Below are positions 52,041 to 64,000 of a DNA stretch of 64,000 nucleotides, one piece after another; the stretch's first letter is position 1, and the number at the start of each line of letters is the position of its first letter. The stretch is taken from the NCBI GenBank assembly GCA_023213395.1, contig CM041465.1:162509741-162573740 (forward strand). The letters are read 5' to 3'. The notes beneath the pieces were generated by a model, which had not been told where the DNA came from, did no database searches, and saw nothing but the letters and a program-made list of their open reading frames with translations. Both the position numbers and the translations under genes were made by a program. This stretch comes from Cycas panzhihuaensis. Taxonomy: Eukaryota > Plantae > Cycadophyta.

Positions 52041-53220
52041 GGTGTCTTTTGAGATGGTGTCTTTTGAGAAGGGAAAAAAAAAACAAGGGACTATGAAAGT
52101 GATGGCAATAAATGACCAATCATTGTTTACAAATAGGAGATGTAATGAAGTAGGGTAGCAGAAGGAAGAAGAAGTGAGAATGGTTGCTCAAAGATGAAGG
52201 GAGCAACTTAGAGAAAAGTCACCAACACTTATGACAAATATTAACCTGACGCAGCAAGAATATGAGAAGCACTATGATAAAAATTGGCCACTAACACTTG
52301 TGGCAAATATTAATCTGACGCAGCAGGAATATGAGAAGCACTATGATTGTGATTACACTATGGATCACTTTTTACAAATAAGTAAGTGATCAATATACAA
52401 GATTGTAGGCCAATGTAGAAGCTGACCTCATTGGGTGTACAGAACTTGAAACTCAAATGTAGGATGTGTAATCAACTCAATAACCTCTCACTTGTGTCCA
52501 ACATGTAGTTGAGGTTGTTGAATGGATGCCTAGGCTTCTAGTAGAATTAAGTTGGCCTTCACCCATGATACCCGCAATTGTGCTTGGTGATGAAATCCAA
52601 GTCACAACGGAGCCCAGGTACTCCTAATCCTCACCCAGTTCACCAATGAGCAGCTATATACCTCCTATAAAGAGTGGTATGTGCATACCCATGGCTATGA
52701 CGAATATTGGATTAGGTATATTTTAATCTTGTATTAAAGTTTCAATTTTCCCGGTTGGTTATCAGGATGATCCCTGATTGAGGCTCGATGGTATGGCTAA
52801 CCAAACCTCACCAAAATTCTGGTTCAATCCACTCCCAACTTAAAACCCACACCTCATTTATGGCATGACATTCTGCCAACCAAGGTATCTCAACCTCGGC
52901 GAGTGTGTGAATAGGTACAAGATGGCGAAAAATAGCGTACATGATGCATTCCTTTTAAGGAGAGTGAAAAGATTACCAAATTTGCATCCAATGTACATTT
53001 AACTGAAAATAGAATGCTTGCTTGGAGTGTCTTTAGAGTGCTTGCTTGAAGTGATTTTGGAGTGCTGAAATGTAATGCTGATAAGTGAGTGAGAACATTG
53101 GATATTGGTCCAATCCAGGTGTTTTTTACTCACTTTTACAATGGGCTTTTAAGCTTTATAAAAGAAGGAAGAAAATTTCTTCACTTTTTTTTTTTTTTTT
53201 TTAAATACCAAAAAAGTAGT

Positions 53221-53570
53221 CTTCACTAAAACAGCAATAACTTTCTCCCACGATAACGAAATTGAGTGCCAGTTTTGTGCTGCAAACTAGATTCAAGGCT
53301 TCATCTTCAAGAAGTGAAATCAGATCCAAATGAGTTCTGAAAAATTTTTGGCAGTCCCGCAAAGTTAGGAAGATATATTTTTCTAGAATTCTTACTAAAA
53401 ATAACTATTATTCACTAAAACAGCAATAACTTTCTCATACGGCAACGAAATTAGGTGCCAGTTTTTGTGTTGGAAACTAGACTCAGAGCCTCATCTTTGG
53501 CAATTGGAATCAGGTCAATTGGAGCTTTGTAGAAGATTTTACAGACCTGTGAAGTTCAGCAAATAAGTTT
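53221..53570. repeat. Two ~190 bp tandem units in the Copia D leader
   Basis: TTCACTAAAACAGCAATAACTTTCTC...AACGAAATT..GTGCCAGTTTT...AAACTAGA.TCA at ~53222 and ~53411. Confidence 0.85.
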
Positions 53571-54639
53571 TGTTTCTGCAGAAATTTTAGCTTGCTAATA
53601 TCTCATTAACACGTGATACCATATGAAATTTCCATCATTTTTTAATCACTAGGATCTCAATATGGGCAAGGTGAGAGCATACAATGATGGATATTTTAAA
53701 TGATTCCAATTTCTTTAAAAAAAATGGGTAGAACCTCCCCTTACAATCATTCTTCTAAAAGCTGGAAAATTTTCGACAGCATTTCCCCTTGTTAAATGGA
53801 AAAAAAATAGGGGAAAGAAAAGAAGAATGAGATAGCATAAATGGCCACTAAAGTATTGGAATCCTTGGGCCTTACAACTCCTTGTATTGTGCTTCCAAAC
53901 CTGCAAAGAGAAAGGGAAAGCAAACAATACTAAATATGCTATAATAAAAACTTGAAAATATTTCTAAATCCACTTTCACAATCTCCTTCGCCACATGGAT
54001 TGTGGGGTAGAAGGAATTGATGGCTCCATTGCAAGTGTAAGTGAAAAATATGAAGCAAGCTCTGATACCACATGAAAAGAGTGGATCTATCCTTTATCTC
54101 CATGCACTAAACACAAAGGCAAACATGGGAACAAGAGAGACTTGAGAGAAAGAGAGTAGCTCTCACAAAACGGGAAGGTAAGAATGAGCCTCCTCCATTG
54201 AGCTTTTACTTTTATATTGAGAGAGGGAGCATTAGGGTTAGGTGAAATGAAATTACACATAATGCACATGAAAGTGCATTTCACTTAAGTGATCTAATTT
54301 AAAGTTCACTAAAGACCTTTTTTAGAAATAATCAACTAATGTAATGACCTTGTGACATCAACCCGTTTCAAGGTAGTCCTCCATATTACTTACCTAAGAA
54401 TGAAAATAAGAGGTAGGGCCTTGGCTATTTAAGACCGGTAACTCAATATTTTTTCAAGCGACTATACTTTTCTAATAGTGTCATCTCATCCATGGAAGAC
54501 CAATCTTTAGGAGTTAGGGAAGAATGTGATCTAATTGGACTTCGGTCTACTAGAGGTTAGATGAGTACATTCCAAAATCAGTCTTGGCCTTTGGATTTTC
54601 ATTTCACATATATTTCCTCCTTTCATACACTTTTGTAAT

Positions 54640-55770
54640 TGGAAGGATAGTTATGTAGGGTTGTGGAGCTTCCAAGGGAGATTGACCACGTTCCTCAAAA
54701 TGGTGATTGCTTTGAAGATCTTACCTTTGTATTCTCTTGATTTCTTCATCCTTGGGAAGCTTCCTACTTTTGCATCATCATTGTTAGGAATGCATTCATC
54801 GTTGACATTTATCTAGTCATATCCACTAAACTCTTCTTAAATGTAGTGACCCTAACTTGCATAGGATCAACATCCTTTCTAGGATGTTTTTGAGAAGATT
54901 CATTTGTTTCCATCCTTGTTAGTTGTACACCAATTCTTGCAAACCAAAGCTTTGATACGAAATGCTATAGTCTACAAGAATAAACAAGATAAAAGTTTTA
55001 TGTTGCTAAAACTTCTTGCTACATAAAATTGTAACTTTACAGTGTCATTGCCAAAATCATTAGTTCCTAGACAATAATAATTTTCCATCTAATCTTTCAT
55101 ATTACATAACAAATCTATTTTCAATAGAGAAGAGACTAAAATAGAAGACAATGAGAGAGAATCTCAATGAGAGTATCTAAGAGTGAACGAGAAGAAAACC
55201 AAACACCAATGAGATTTGGATAATACCACAATATATGGAAGGAATGAGATGATGTCCACCACAAACCACCCTATATGCAAATAGTAGTTAACATCATATT
55301 TCATAAGTGGGATTACTTAGACACACTTATTCCATTGTTGGGCTTATTTGGGTGCACTAGTGCCAAAAAATACTATTGCCCATAATAGCTTAACAATAAT
55401 GCTACATATTATAGGTTTCATAATAGTGCATCCAATGACATCATAATAATATGCTAAATATTGTAGCTTTAATAGTAGTGCTACATGCAGTAGCCTCTAA
55501 GTGGAATCCTTTGTCAATAGTTACAATTATGTTGGAGTCACTAGGTCCTCTTGATTCACTTTGGTGTAGCTCTCCTTATAAGCTCACCTATAGGAGCAAA
55601 CATCAAATATATCATTCTCCAAATTCCTAATTCACTTCTTTGAAAATATTACATGGAATGACCACATGAAAGGTCATATAAAATGAAGGGAAAAGTCACT
55701 AGTGAGGTGAAGAGTCAAGAGTCACTTTTTCATGGTCTAGTAAATACCCCTTAGAGTCGACTTAACAACA
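54640..55770 (-). mobile_element. Family X LTR element 5' remnant (copy 3)
   Basis: LTR ~54963-55770 and decayed PBS at 54949-54960. It is the inverted homologue of 43477-44720. Confidence 0.68.
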
Positions 55771-57463
55771 TGATATAGTTTTTGTGTATTACATATATTC
55801 TATGATTCATAAGATGTAACAAGTGCCACCATTCTAGATGTTGTGTGTGAGAATGTAATGATTGTTAAATTGGCTATTCTTCTTATGTTTAAAATGGATG
55901 CATTAGAAACGTTCAATAATGAGTAAACAATGAACAATGATGGACCTTATATGCATTATCACAGGAAATCAATTGAAATTGTACATTATAGTGTCTATGC
56001 GGTTTTGTTGCCAGGACATGAATTTCTCTCTCTTGATGAGAGTCTAATACCCTAACCAAGCAACATTTCAACTTCAACACTCTTCACACCTTTCTATCAT
56101 GGCTTCTAAGAGTTTTGTATATAACCAAAGATTTTGACCATGCCAAATCTAAGTGCTCTTTCCATTCTCTACATGCAAAAGAAACATTGATTTTATCAAT
56201 CTATAAGTGATAAAGAGCCTTATTTCCCAAATGGCTACATATAAATAATAGGGATGTGTCTTTCTACACTCACAACTTCTAATTAAGCTGACAATGATGA
56301 AAATACATGTATATGACAATTTTGAAGATTTTGGGATATGAAGATATAGAAAAATTGGAACTCCCAACAAATATAAATACAAATCTGATTAGAATGGTGT
56401 GTAAAATTAGACATTAGATGCATTAGATTTAAAATAAGACTATCAATTATGCGTGAAAATTGAATTAAAACAATTATTCAAGTGCATTTTTTATGCTTTA
56501 ATCTTTCTTTAGGGGTTTGCAGGCAAGGGTAGATGTTAATGGGGTTAGATATGATTGATTGTAGGCTCCAGCATGTTGAATGCATCACAAGGGTGTGTGT
56601 GTGCACCCATTTCTTATAAGGGTCTCCATCCAAAGGGCCTAAGTTTAGTTTAGTCCATCTTTGACCAATTGCGGATAGGACTCAAGTAAATTGGGCTAGC
56701 ACTAGGCAAACTATAACAATGACTTAGGTGGACCATCGATAAGATCCAACTTACCAAAAAGTTAATATATTTTAAAATTATAAAATTTTACAAAAATAAA
56801 ATAGAACAAAAACACCATATTGTAGCCCTGATGGGACCTACAATACCCTAAATTAGGCAAACCTAGATTTTTGGATTGAGGAGCATTCATATAATGTTGT
56901 ATTGAACACAAATATGACACCATATGGGAAGTATTCTAAACATATCCTCACACAAATGGAATTAATGAACTTATGGGATGTAACCAAGCTATGTGGAATG
57001 TATTCAAAAATCTTTGCCATGTGGCCGCACTCTTACAATCTCTTTTGATCCCATCAAATAGAATCTAAAGTATTCATCAAAGAACACCTATAATAAGATG
57101 TTTCATAATTTTCTTTCTTGATGTTATAGTTTTATGCAATCACATAATTATGTGTTTTTTGTGTTGAGTATATAATTAAGTCAAAATGGAAACTTTAGGT
57201 ACTTTTCATTTTGCTTTTGTTTCTTTTCAAGAACAATAGTAACATAAGAATAGATTTTAATGCCTATATTCATATAGGGTACCTACAAAGATCTATTTTT
57301 ATAAATTTGATTTCAAAATATACAAATTAGTTATAAATAAGCACACTTTATTTTTGTGAACTTTGTTATATGAACTTGTTTTAAGTTGTATTTTCATTTT
57401 TCACTACTTTGACTTATGATGTATTCCACACCCATGTTGACAAAATTGATGGCCTCTTTTCAG

Positions 57464-57652
57464 ATATATTCCATCAAGAGCTTGCAAGCAATTGTTCACT
57501 GATTATAGAAGGAATCAATCTATACTTTCCAGTGACCAATTTACTCAAAGTGATCAACAGGAAATAACAGACGGTTTAATCGATTCAAATTTCAATGATA
57601 TGGACTGGCTTTCTTCCTCTGGCAATTCATGCGAAGAAGATTCAAGCGAAAG
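57464..57652 (+). CDS. SAC: Next coding exon of the SAC/FIG4-type phosphoinositide phosphatase
   Basis: Acceptor CTTTTCAG| and donor AAG|GTAAAT. 189 nt, open, phase 2-2. Translates YIPSRACKQLFTDY...DSNFNDMDWLSSSGNSCEEDSSE(R). DWLSSSGNSCEE is recalled as a plant SAC2-5 motif. The supplied ORF track misses it. Confidence 0.85.
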
Positions 57653-59385
57653 GTAAATGTTACTAATAATTTTAAGAATGTTAAGGGGAGCATGGAAATT
57701 TATTAAAGCTTATTATTTTTATTTGTAATAAATATCTTTTCAATATCCAAGTCTTATTGGAAATGAATCATAGTATTTACCCATCCTCCATTGATTTTAG
57801 TGCAAGAAAATTTAACAATGCTAAATTTGCATTTAGTAACTCTCTCTTCCTAATGGGTTGGAGTATTTCATGATTACCTTCTATTGTACCTTTGACATGT
57901 GCTTACATCCCTATAACTCTTAGGCTCTTCCTAAGCCTAGCAGCCATTGTCATCCATTTATTGGACTTTTCCTTTATGAAAGTTGCATAGAAAGAGATTT
58001 TTATTGCCAAATAGATAAAGTTGTATGTGAAAGTTTATTAAAATGTGTTTCTAGAGTGCAATAGGACATAATAAACCTATTAATAAGTGTGCTACTACTA
58101 GGAAATTTAGGGTTCAAACCCTTCTATTATCTACATATGGGGGGATCGACTAATTCACAATTCTAGTTGGGAATGTGTATTTGAGGTTAGGGCATTGTTG
58201 TCAATGGCATAATAATTGGGTGACTATTGTCTAGTGCACCCAACCCTAGCAAAAATGCGTAGTTATAAATAACCAAATGGAATATTTGGCCCTAAAGGCT
58301 AATTGTGTATCAGGAGAGCATTCTTGGATGTAATCACTCCATTCACTAATGTTGCATACTACATGGACCTCTTTCTAACACAAATATTTATGTTCTACAT
58401 GTACCATAAACTCTTTTAATGTGTGTTTGGAAAGTTTTGATATTCAGAGGACATTTAATTTATCTACTTCATGAATTGAAAACCAAGTGTTCCTATTTAC
58501 CCAAGTCATTGCTTACTTCCAATTGAATTTGATCTTACCATTGAAATGAAATGACCAACAAGCCTGTTTGATAATCATATTGGATCACCAAGTCCTAGTC
58601 ACTTGGCTTCTAAAATTTGCATACAAGCAGTATCTCAATTATTGCTTGAGTAATGTATTTCAACTCCAAGGAATTAATGTGGGTTTTCCCATGGTGCATT
58701 ACATTCCCATCATATTAGAATATCTAAATGAGATGTAAACTAATCATACAAGGTTGATGGCTAGATTGTAGAATATCATTTCAACATAGCTAAGACAAAT
58801 CATATAGGATAGTCCATTTGTTACTAGTTAGTAGTTGTTTTAATAGATGTAGGAAGTATAACAAAAACCAATCCAAGTGACCACAAAATGTGAATCATTA
58901 TGTTCTTGGGCCCCGCAATTTAAAATTGGTAAAAAATAGAGTTTTCTAAACATAATAATTAACAATGGTTGACAACAATTTCTTCATGATAGTCTTTAAC
59001 ACCTTTCCCCTAATGAGTATATTTCATTGTATTTTTTAAATGCATTTTTAGATAAAGGCTAGCCATTTTAAACTTTGCATGGTATATAATACATATCTAA
59101 GGTTATTTTTGTTGACTATGCATCAACCCACCAACTATTTGAAGGCTACCCATTTGCTTTGTGCCCATGTGTCTATGTTTGTGTTAGTTTGGTGTTGGTT
59201 GGCTCCTTGTGCCTCTAACTTGGTGTTTTCAATGTCCCATACCCTACAAGTTAGCCTTCCAAGCAAACATTCACATAAAATTCCTAAACCAAGCAATCAT
59301 ACTTTCATCACATTATGCACAAGATTCCTCTTAACTCATGAATTCATTAAATGGTGACTAGAATACATTGCTTGGATATCTTGCT

Positions 59386-59645
59386 TAGGGATACATTGAC
59401 TAACTCAATTCTCACTCTATAGAGCATTACCTATGATCAAGTGACTTAGCTTTCACACCAAAATGAGTGTGAAAAGCCCTATAGATAGGGTCCTAGACAT
59501 AAAAGATGTAACCCTTGACTTGTGAGTCATGACTATTTGTAATAAATTACATGATCACTTGTACATGGTTAACCAATGGTGATGCTTCATTTCTCTGTAC
59601 ATCTGTATGGATAAAATGATCCAATTCCATTGCAGTCATACCCTA
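59386..59645 (+). other. Multi-hairpin structured element, probably the leader of a decayed LTR retroelement
   Basis: Nested complementary segments enclose five small hairpins (detailed in findings). The strand is inferred from G-U compatibility and is uncertain. Confidence 0.5.
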
Positions 59646-59828
59646 GTTGACCCATGTCATTTGAAATTGTCATAGTCATTCCTCATGCCATTCTTGTTGT
59701 AACAACCATTCTAGGAACCTCTTGCCACTTGTTCCTAGTCATTCTACTAGGTTGTTCCATATGTCAGAGTTGTTCCTCTATGGTTAATCTGTTCCCACTA
59801 TCCATTTGATCCATTCCTTGAGAGCTAG

Positions 59829-60014
59829 CATTATTGGGTTCTCGAACCTAGTTCACAAACCTAGCTTGAATTTGAACCTAGTTTGGGGATTCCTAGTGAG
59901 GTTTAGTTGGGCCCGAAACCAAGTTCAACTTATGGCTAGGTTCAACTAGGTTGAGACCCACTAAGGAACCGTATTCGTCCAACCTAACTCAGCCACAAAA
60001 ACTCAAAAAGAAAA
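59829..60014. mobile_element. Probable DNA-transposon (hAT/MITE-like) end with subterminal repeats
   Basis: Clustered GAACCTAG / CTAGGTT motifs in both orientations. No partner TIR was identified. Confidence 0.4.
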
Positions 60015-62301
60015 TGTTGAAAACTAATATTGACTTTGGTGAAATTGGTTTCATAATAACTCCTTATATATATGTAATGATATTTGGTTTGTTAATTTAG
60101 TGGAGATAATTGTCTCTTGTGGTTTTCCCCAAAAAGGTTTTCCATGTAAATCATGTTTATTCCATGTGCTTTATGCATAAATCTAACATGGTATCAGAGC
60201 CTATGGTTGTTCATTCTAGCATGTAGACTTGTTGAAGCTATTACACCTCACTGCAAAACTCATTAGAAGCTCTCAAACCCTCATGACATTGTTTAGGTGG
60301 TTCTCCTTAGTTGTGGTATTTAATCCTTCACAATGTACATTTTCAACATAGTTGTGGTATTGATGAGTTTTGAAAGGTAGCACATCATGGTGAGCTTTGA
60401 TTTTGGAGTCATGGGATAATGACGTTGGGTGTTGCATGAACACGGGGACAAAAACCGTCAAGGAGCACTACTATGGACAAACCAAAGATGACAAGTAGCA
60501 GATTGTAGTGGATATTGAACGACATGATTTGATGTGGGAAGTGTAGGGTTTTGTAGGAGATGTTAGTGGCCATTAAAGGCCACTATGTAGGTCTTATGAT
60601 GTTGTCCTCCTTTTAATGGGAGGCATTTAGATGTTTAGCACATAGGAAAGGAAAGGAATCCCCAATGCACAATCATCGTTTGCGTTGTTAATCAATCAAA
60701 TGACTCCCAACAATTTCTTAAATCGACACATGACTCACTACATTCAACATAACATATACCAATTTCTTAAGAGTACTATACCACATCTTTTATTCTGTTA
60801 TGACAAATTCAACATTAACAAGATTTTGGCAACATATCTGGAGATTCACTGCAATCCAATTTGGTGGTGATTAATCATGGAGTCATCGCTAAGCTCTTTG
60901 CACAAATGCCATAATGAAGAAAAAATGGAGGAGTAGGTGTGGTAAGAAAAACAACAATTTTTTAATCTAGTAATAGTATTTTTTTTATAATAATTTTCAT
61001 AAATTTAATTATATTTGATAAATTGGGGAAGTTTGACTAGCCCCTTTGCGATTTAGAATGTGGTGCTTCGATGTGACCCTATCTTCTTTCTAATTTTTTC
61101 ATGTTGTAGATGTTTATATAGTGTATATACATTAGTTATGTATATACACTATTTTAATTAAACACTATATATACACTCTAGCCCTCTATGTAGCCTATCC
61201 TTGGTCATATGGTGCTCACGATTGACCCTACTCTAAAGTTTTTGGGTGCTTAAGTACTATATATGCATCTTATTAAGTTCATGAACTTCATGTGTTTTCT
61301 GAGATCTATACATCTATAGCATCAGTTTTTTGTTATCAATGATAAATTTGGATATGTTTTTCTATTTTCTTATTTTGGCTTATCATGTCAAGTTCATGAG
61401 AACATATTTTTGTCAAAAATCAAGGAGAGAAGACTAATATATATGCTAGAATCATGATATGTTTCTACTATGTTGTTTTTGAATTCGGTAAAGACAAGAG
61501 GCAAGGATATACGTTATCGTGTATTGCAACATGTTTAATTACTTGTGTTAGGATGTGTTGTTTGTTATTGCTTCACACTGGCTGGCCAAATAGTTCAACC
61601 TATTCCTGAAGAGTGTTGTCTATTGACACAAATTTGATGAACCATGTACATGACACACCACCAATTCACTAACAGTTGTAGTGGCTAGTTACTTGTGCAT
61701 TTTAGTAGATGGTTGTGATTTTATGGATGTCAATATCTTTCAAGTGTTTTGCAAATTTTCAAGGGTCAGTGAAGGTGATGATAACTTCAAAGCTACAATT
61801 GCATTCCTATGGAATTGATTTGTGTAGCCATGGTTGTGTTCATGTGATGTCGATTTGTGTAGCTATAGTTGTGTTCATTTGTGTAGCCACAGTTGAATTT
61901 GTGTGACGTTGATTGTGTGCCACAGTTACGTTCTTGTGATGTTGATTGCGAGCCATCGGTTTCAATCATATTCAATAGTTTCAAGTTGTAATGGTAATAT
62001 CTAGGTGGTATTCCAAGTAGATAAGACATTTCAACAAACTTATTTGAGGACACTTGAGTAAATTTGATGATCAAGGAAGATTGAAATGGTGATGCCTTCT
62101 TCTCCTCCCCAAGTCAATATCAAGGGGGGATGTTGACAACTAATGACTTTGGTGAAGTTGGTTTCATAATAACTCACTATATATATGTAATGATATTTGA
62201 TTCATTAATTGAGCAGAGACAATTCTCTTCTGTGGTTTTCCCCTAAAGGGGTTTCCACATAAATCATGAATATTCTATGTGATCTATGTAGAAATTTGAC
62301 A
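60015..62301 (+). mobile_element. Non-autonomous TRIM-like LTR element with ~170 bp LTRs
   Basis: LTRs 60015-60188 and 62131-62301 (TG...CA). Perfect PBS at 60189-60200, PPT CAAGGGGGGA and TSD GAAAA/GGAAA. The 1.9 kb interior has no recognisable gag/pol motifs. Confidence 0.88.
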
Positions 62302-63299
62302 GGAAAAAAGAAGAAAGAAAACATTTAGCTTGGTGGAGGGTTTAGTTGGTCCTTTGCACATCTCAAAAAAGTTGGTCTTATGAATAGGCACTAGTCAACC
62401 TTTTGTAGACTCAGAAAAAGTATCTTCTACACACTTCACAAGAATAAAAAGGAAGAACAAAGAAAAAATGATAGACATAAGCTATCATATATCTATTACC
62501 TCAAAAAGCAATATTTAACAGTTGCATATGTAGATACATTCACTACAATAATAGATAGTCTATTTCTAAGTTGTATAGATTTTTATTATGAATGCCAAAT
62601 CTATGATTAGCAATAGATAGCAAAAGTTACCACTGGAGAGAGGAAAAAGATTGTAGAATAGATTCAGTAGTTGTTTTTAGGTTTATTTTCCTAGAATGGT
62701 ATTGATAGATGTACTATAATAAAGAAGAGAATAATTTTTGGTTTTGCAAAATATTGGGATGGAGGAATGGAATAGTTTTCAAACATTCTTTGTATACATG
62801 TTAAAATTTATGTGTATGGAATTTTTTGATATTTGTGGGTCATTTCAATTTTATTCTATGAATGTAACTTAAATGTGGCTAGTGCCACATTGTTATTACC
62901 ATTTATTTTTTTAACCATTGATTTTTTTAATGTAAACTTCTTCTATTACATCCACATCAATTTATAGGTCACCTTTTAAAGTTCTTAAAGTAAAAGTTGA
63001 TAGTTGAGGCTTGTAACAACTACTCATATTTTAAGCTTCAAGAGCAACATTTAATATCCACACCTATGTAATAGAATTCATTATGATAATCTCTTCTAGA
63101 GTCATCTAGTATGGCAAACAATTCTTCCTTCAAAGAAAATTTTAAAGCATTATAGTGTGAGTCTCTCTACTTATGCTTAGAGGTTACAAGAGGAAATTTC
63201 ACCCTCAATTTAACCTCAAAAAGCTTAACCACAAAATGTCAAAGACAAATATGATGTGCTGCATAAAAAATGGCCATTAAAAGTGGTGCTTAAGAGATG

Positions 63300-64000
63300 G
63301 GTTTTCATTCGATGACTAAACGTCAAACTTCCCACAAAAGAGACTCCTCCATTTGTCCAAGAGAATACTCCAAAATTTTCTCTTATATAAGAATATGATA
63401 ATTGAAGCAAATGATGAGTCAGAGTTGCAACTAAAGAAACTGTTCTGAGTGAGATACTTATCTAATTTGGCATACCATGCTCTTGGGGCTTGTTTTAACC
63501 TATATAGAGTCTTTTTTTAGTCTATAGACAAGATGTTCTTGCCCATTTTGTACATCTCCCTTAAGTTGTTTCATGTAGACCTCTTCTTCTAATTCGCCAT
63601 TCAAAAAGGCACTTTTCATATCTAACTAGTAAATCTTCCAATTATGTTGTGCTACCAGAGCAATTACCGTTCTCACAGTATCCAATTTGGCCACTGGTGA
63701 AAATGTTTCTTCATAATCTATTCCCACTGTTTGAGTGTAGCCTTTGGCTACTAATCTGGCCTTGTATTTGTTTATTTTACCATTGGCATCTTCTTTTATC
63801 TTGTATATCCATTTGCAGTTTACCATTGGTTTGTCATCAAGTAATTCTACTAATTCCCATGTTTAATTTTTGGAAATAGATTGCATTTTTGCATCCATTA
63901 TAGCTTGCCACTCTTTGTGCCCTTTTTCTTCCTGAAATGATTGTGGTTCTATGTTGGTGAACAAGGCCTGATGCCTTTGACTCCTTGTCCTGTGGGTATA
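63300..64000 (-). pseudogene. Ty1/Copia reverse transcriptase fragment, continuing beyond the window
   Basis: CKWIYKIK...[26 protein letters not shown] (63626-63826), then DMKSAFLNG and LYRLKQAPRAWY, then abrupt truncation. Confidence 0.88.

Larger units (their letters stand above)
46803..54370 (-). mobile_element. Full-length decayed Ty1/Copia element (Copia D; same family as Copia A)
   Basis: LTRs 46803-47098 and 54073-54370. Perfect PBS at 54059-54070 and PPT at 47099-47112. TSD AGGTG/AGGTA. gag MSSQFKQNVNCILKGKENWDMWF matches Copia A. Confidence 0.95.
45481..54640 (-). mobile_element. 5'-truncated L1-type LINE (ORF2 C-terminus + poly(A)), interrupted by Copia D
   Basis: T13 run at 45481. 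Minus-strand zf-RVT-like CAFCN...HLLLQCPFANSTW (~46230-46305) and YSIWKFRNNVFF (~46060-46100). Sequence resumes after 54375. The right boundary is approximate. Confidence 0.72.
21946..57463 (+). other. 35.5 kb GT-AG intron of the SAC gene, filled with TEs
   Basis: GT at 21946 and AG at 57462-57463. Joining the exons gives in-frame ...RYS-R-YIPSRACKQLF. Confidence 0.75.

Noticed and set aside
56510-56865. Possible MITE with TAGGGGTTTGC / GCAAACCTA ends
   Set aside because: The inverted repeat is short and imperfect and there is no target-site duplication.
1-64000. CRISPR arrays, rRNA/tRNA genes, prokaryotic operons or intact autonomous TE ORFs
   Set aside because: None seen. tRNA complementarity is limited to 12-nt PBSs, and all gag-pol, transposase and LINE frames are interrupted.

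Overview
AT-rich plant nuclear DNA, probably from a large-genome non-flowering vascular plant (inference). The window is almost entirely nested, decayed transposons inside the very large introns of one + strand host gene. Only two host exons are visible (21736-21945 and 57464-57652). They splice in phase across a 35.5 kb intron and encode C-terminal motifs of a plant SAC/FIG4-type phosphoinositide phosphatase (KRSLSDGNIL; SRY.P; DWLSSSGNSCEE). The TE content is: four full-length but frame-disrupted Ty1/Copia elements (two of the same family in opposite orientation), two further Copia remnants, several Ty3/Gypsy remnants including a chromovirus, a tandem non-autonomous LTR element sharing a central LTR, a TRIM-like element, two hAT remnants and a 5'-truncated L1 LINE. 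No intact TE ORF was found. The main unexplained signal is a set of roughly 200-350 nt multi-branched base-paired domains just upstream of gag in several unrelated retroelements. One is conserved, with pairing preserved, between two diverged Copia copies. All structures were paired by eye and none were computed.
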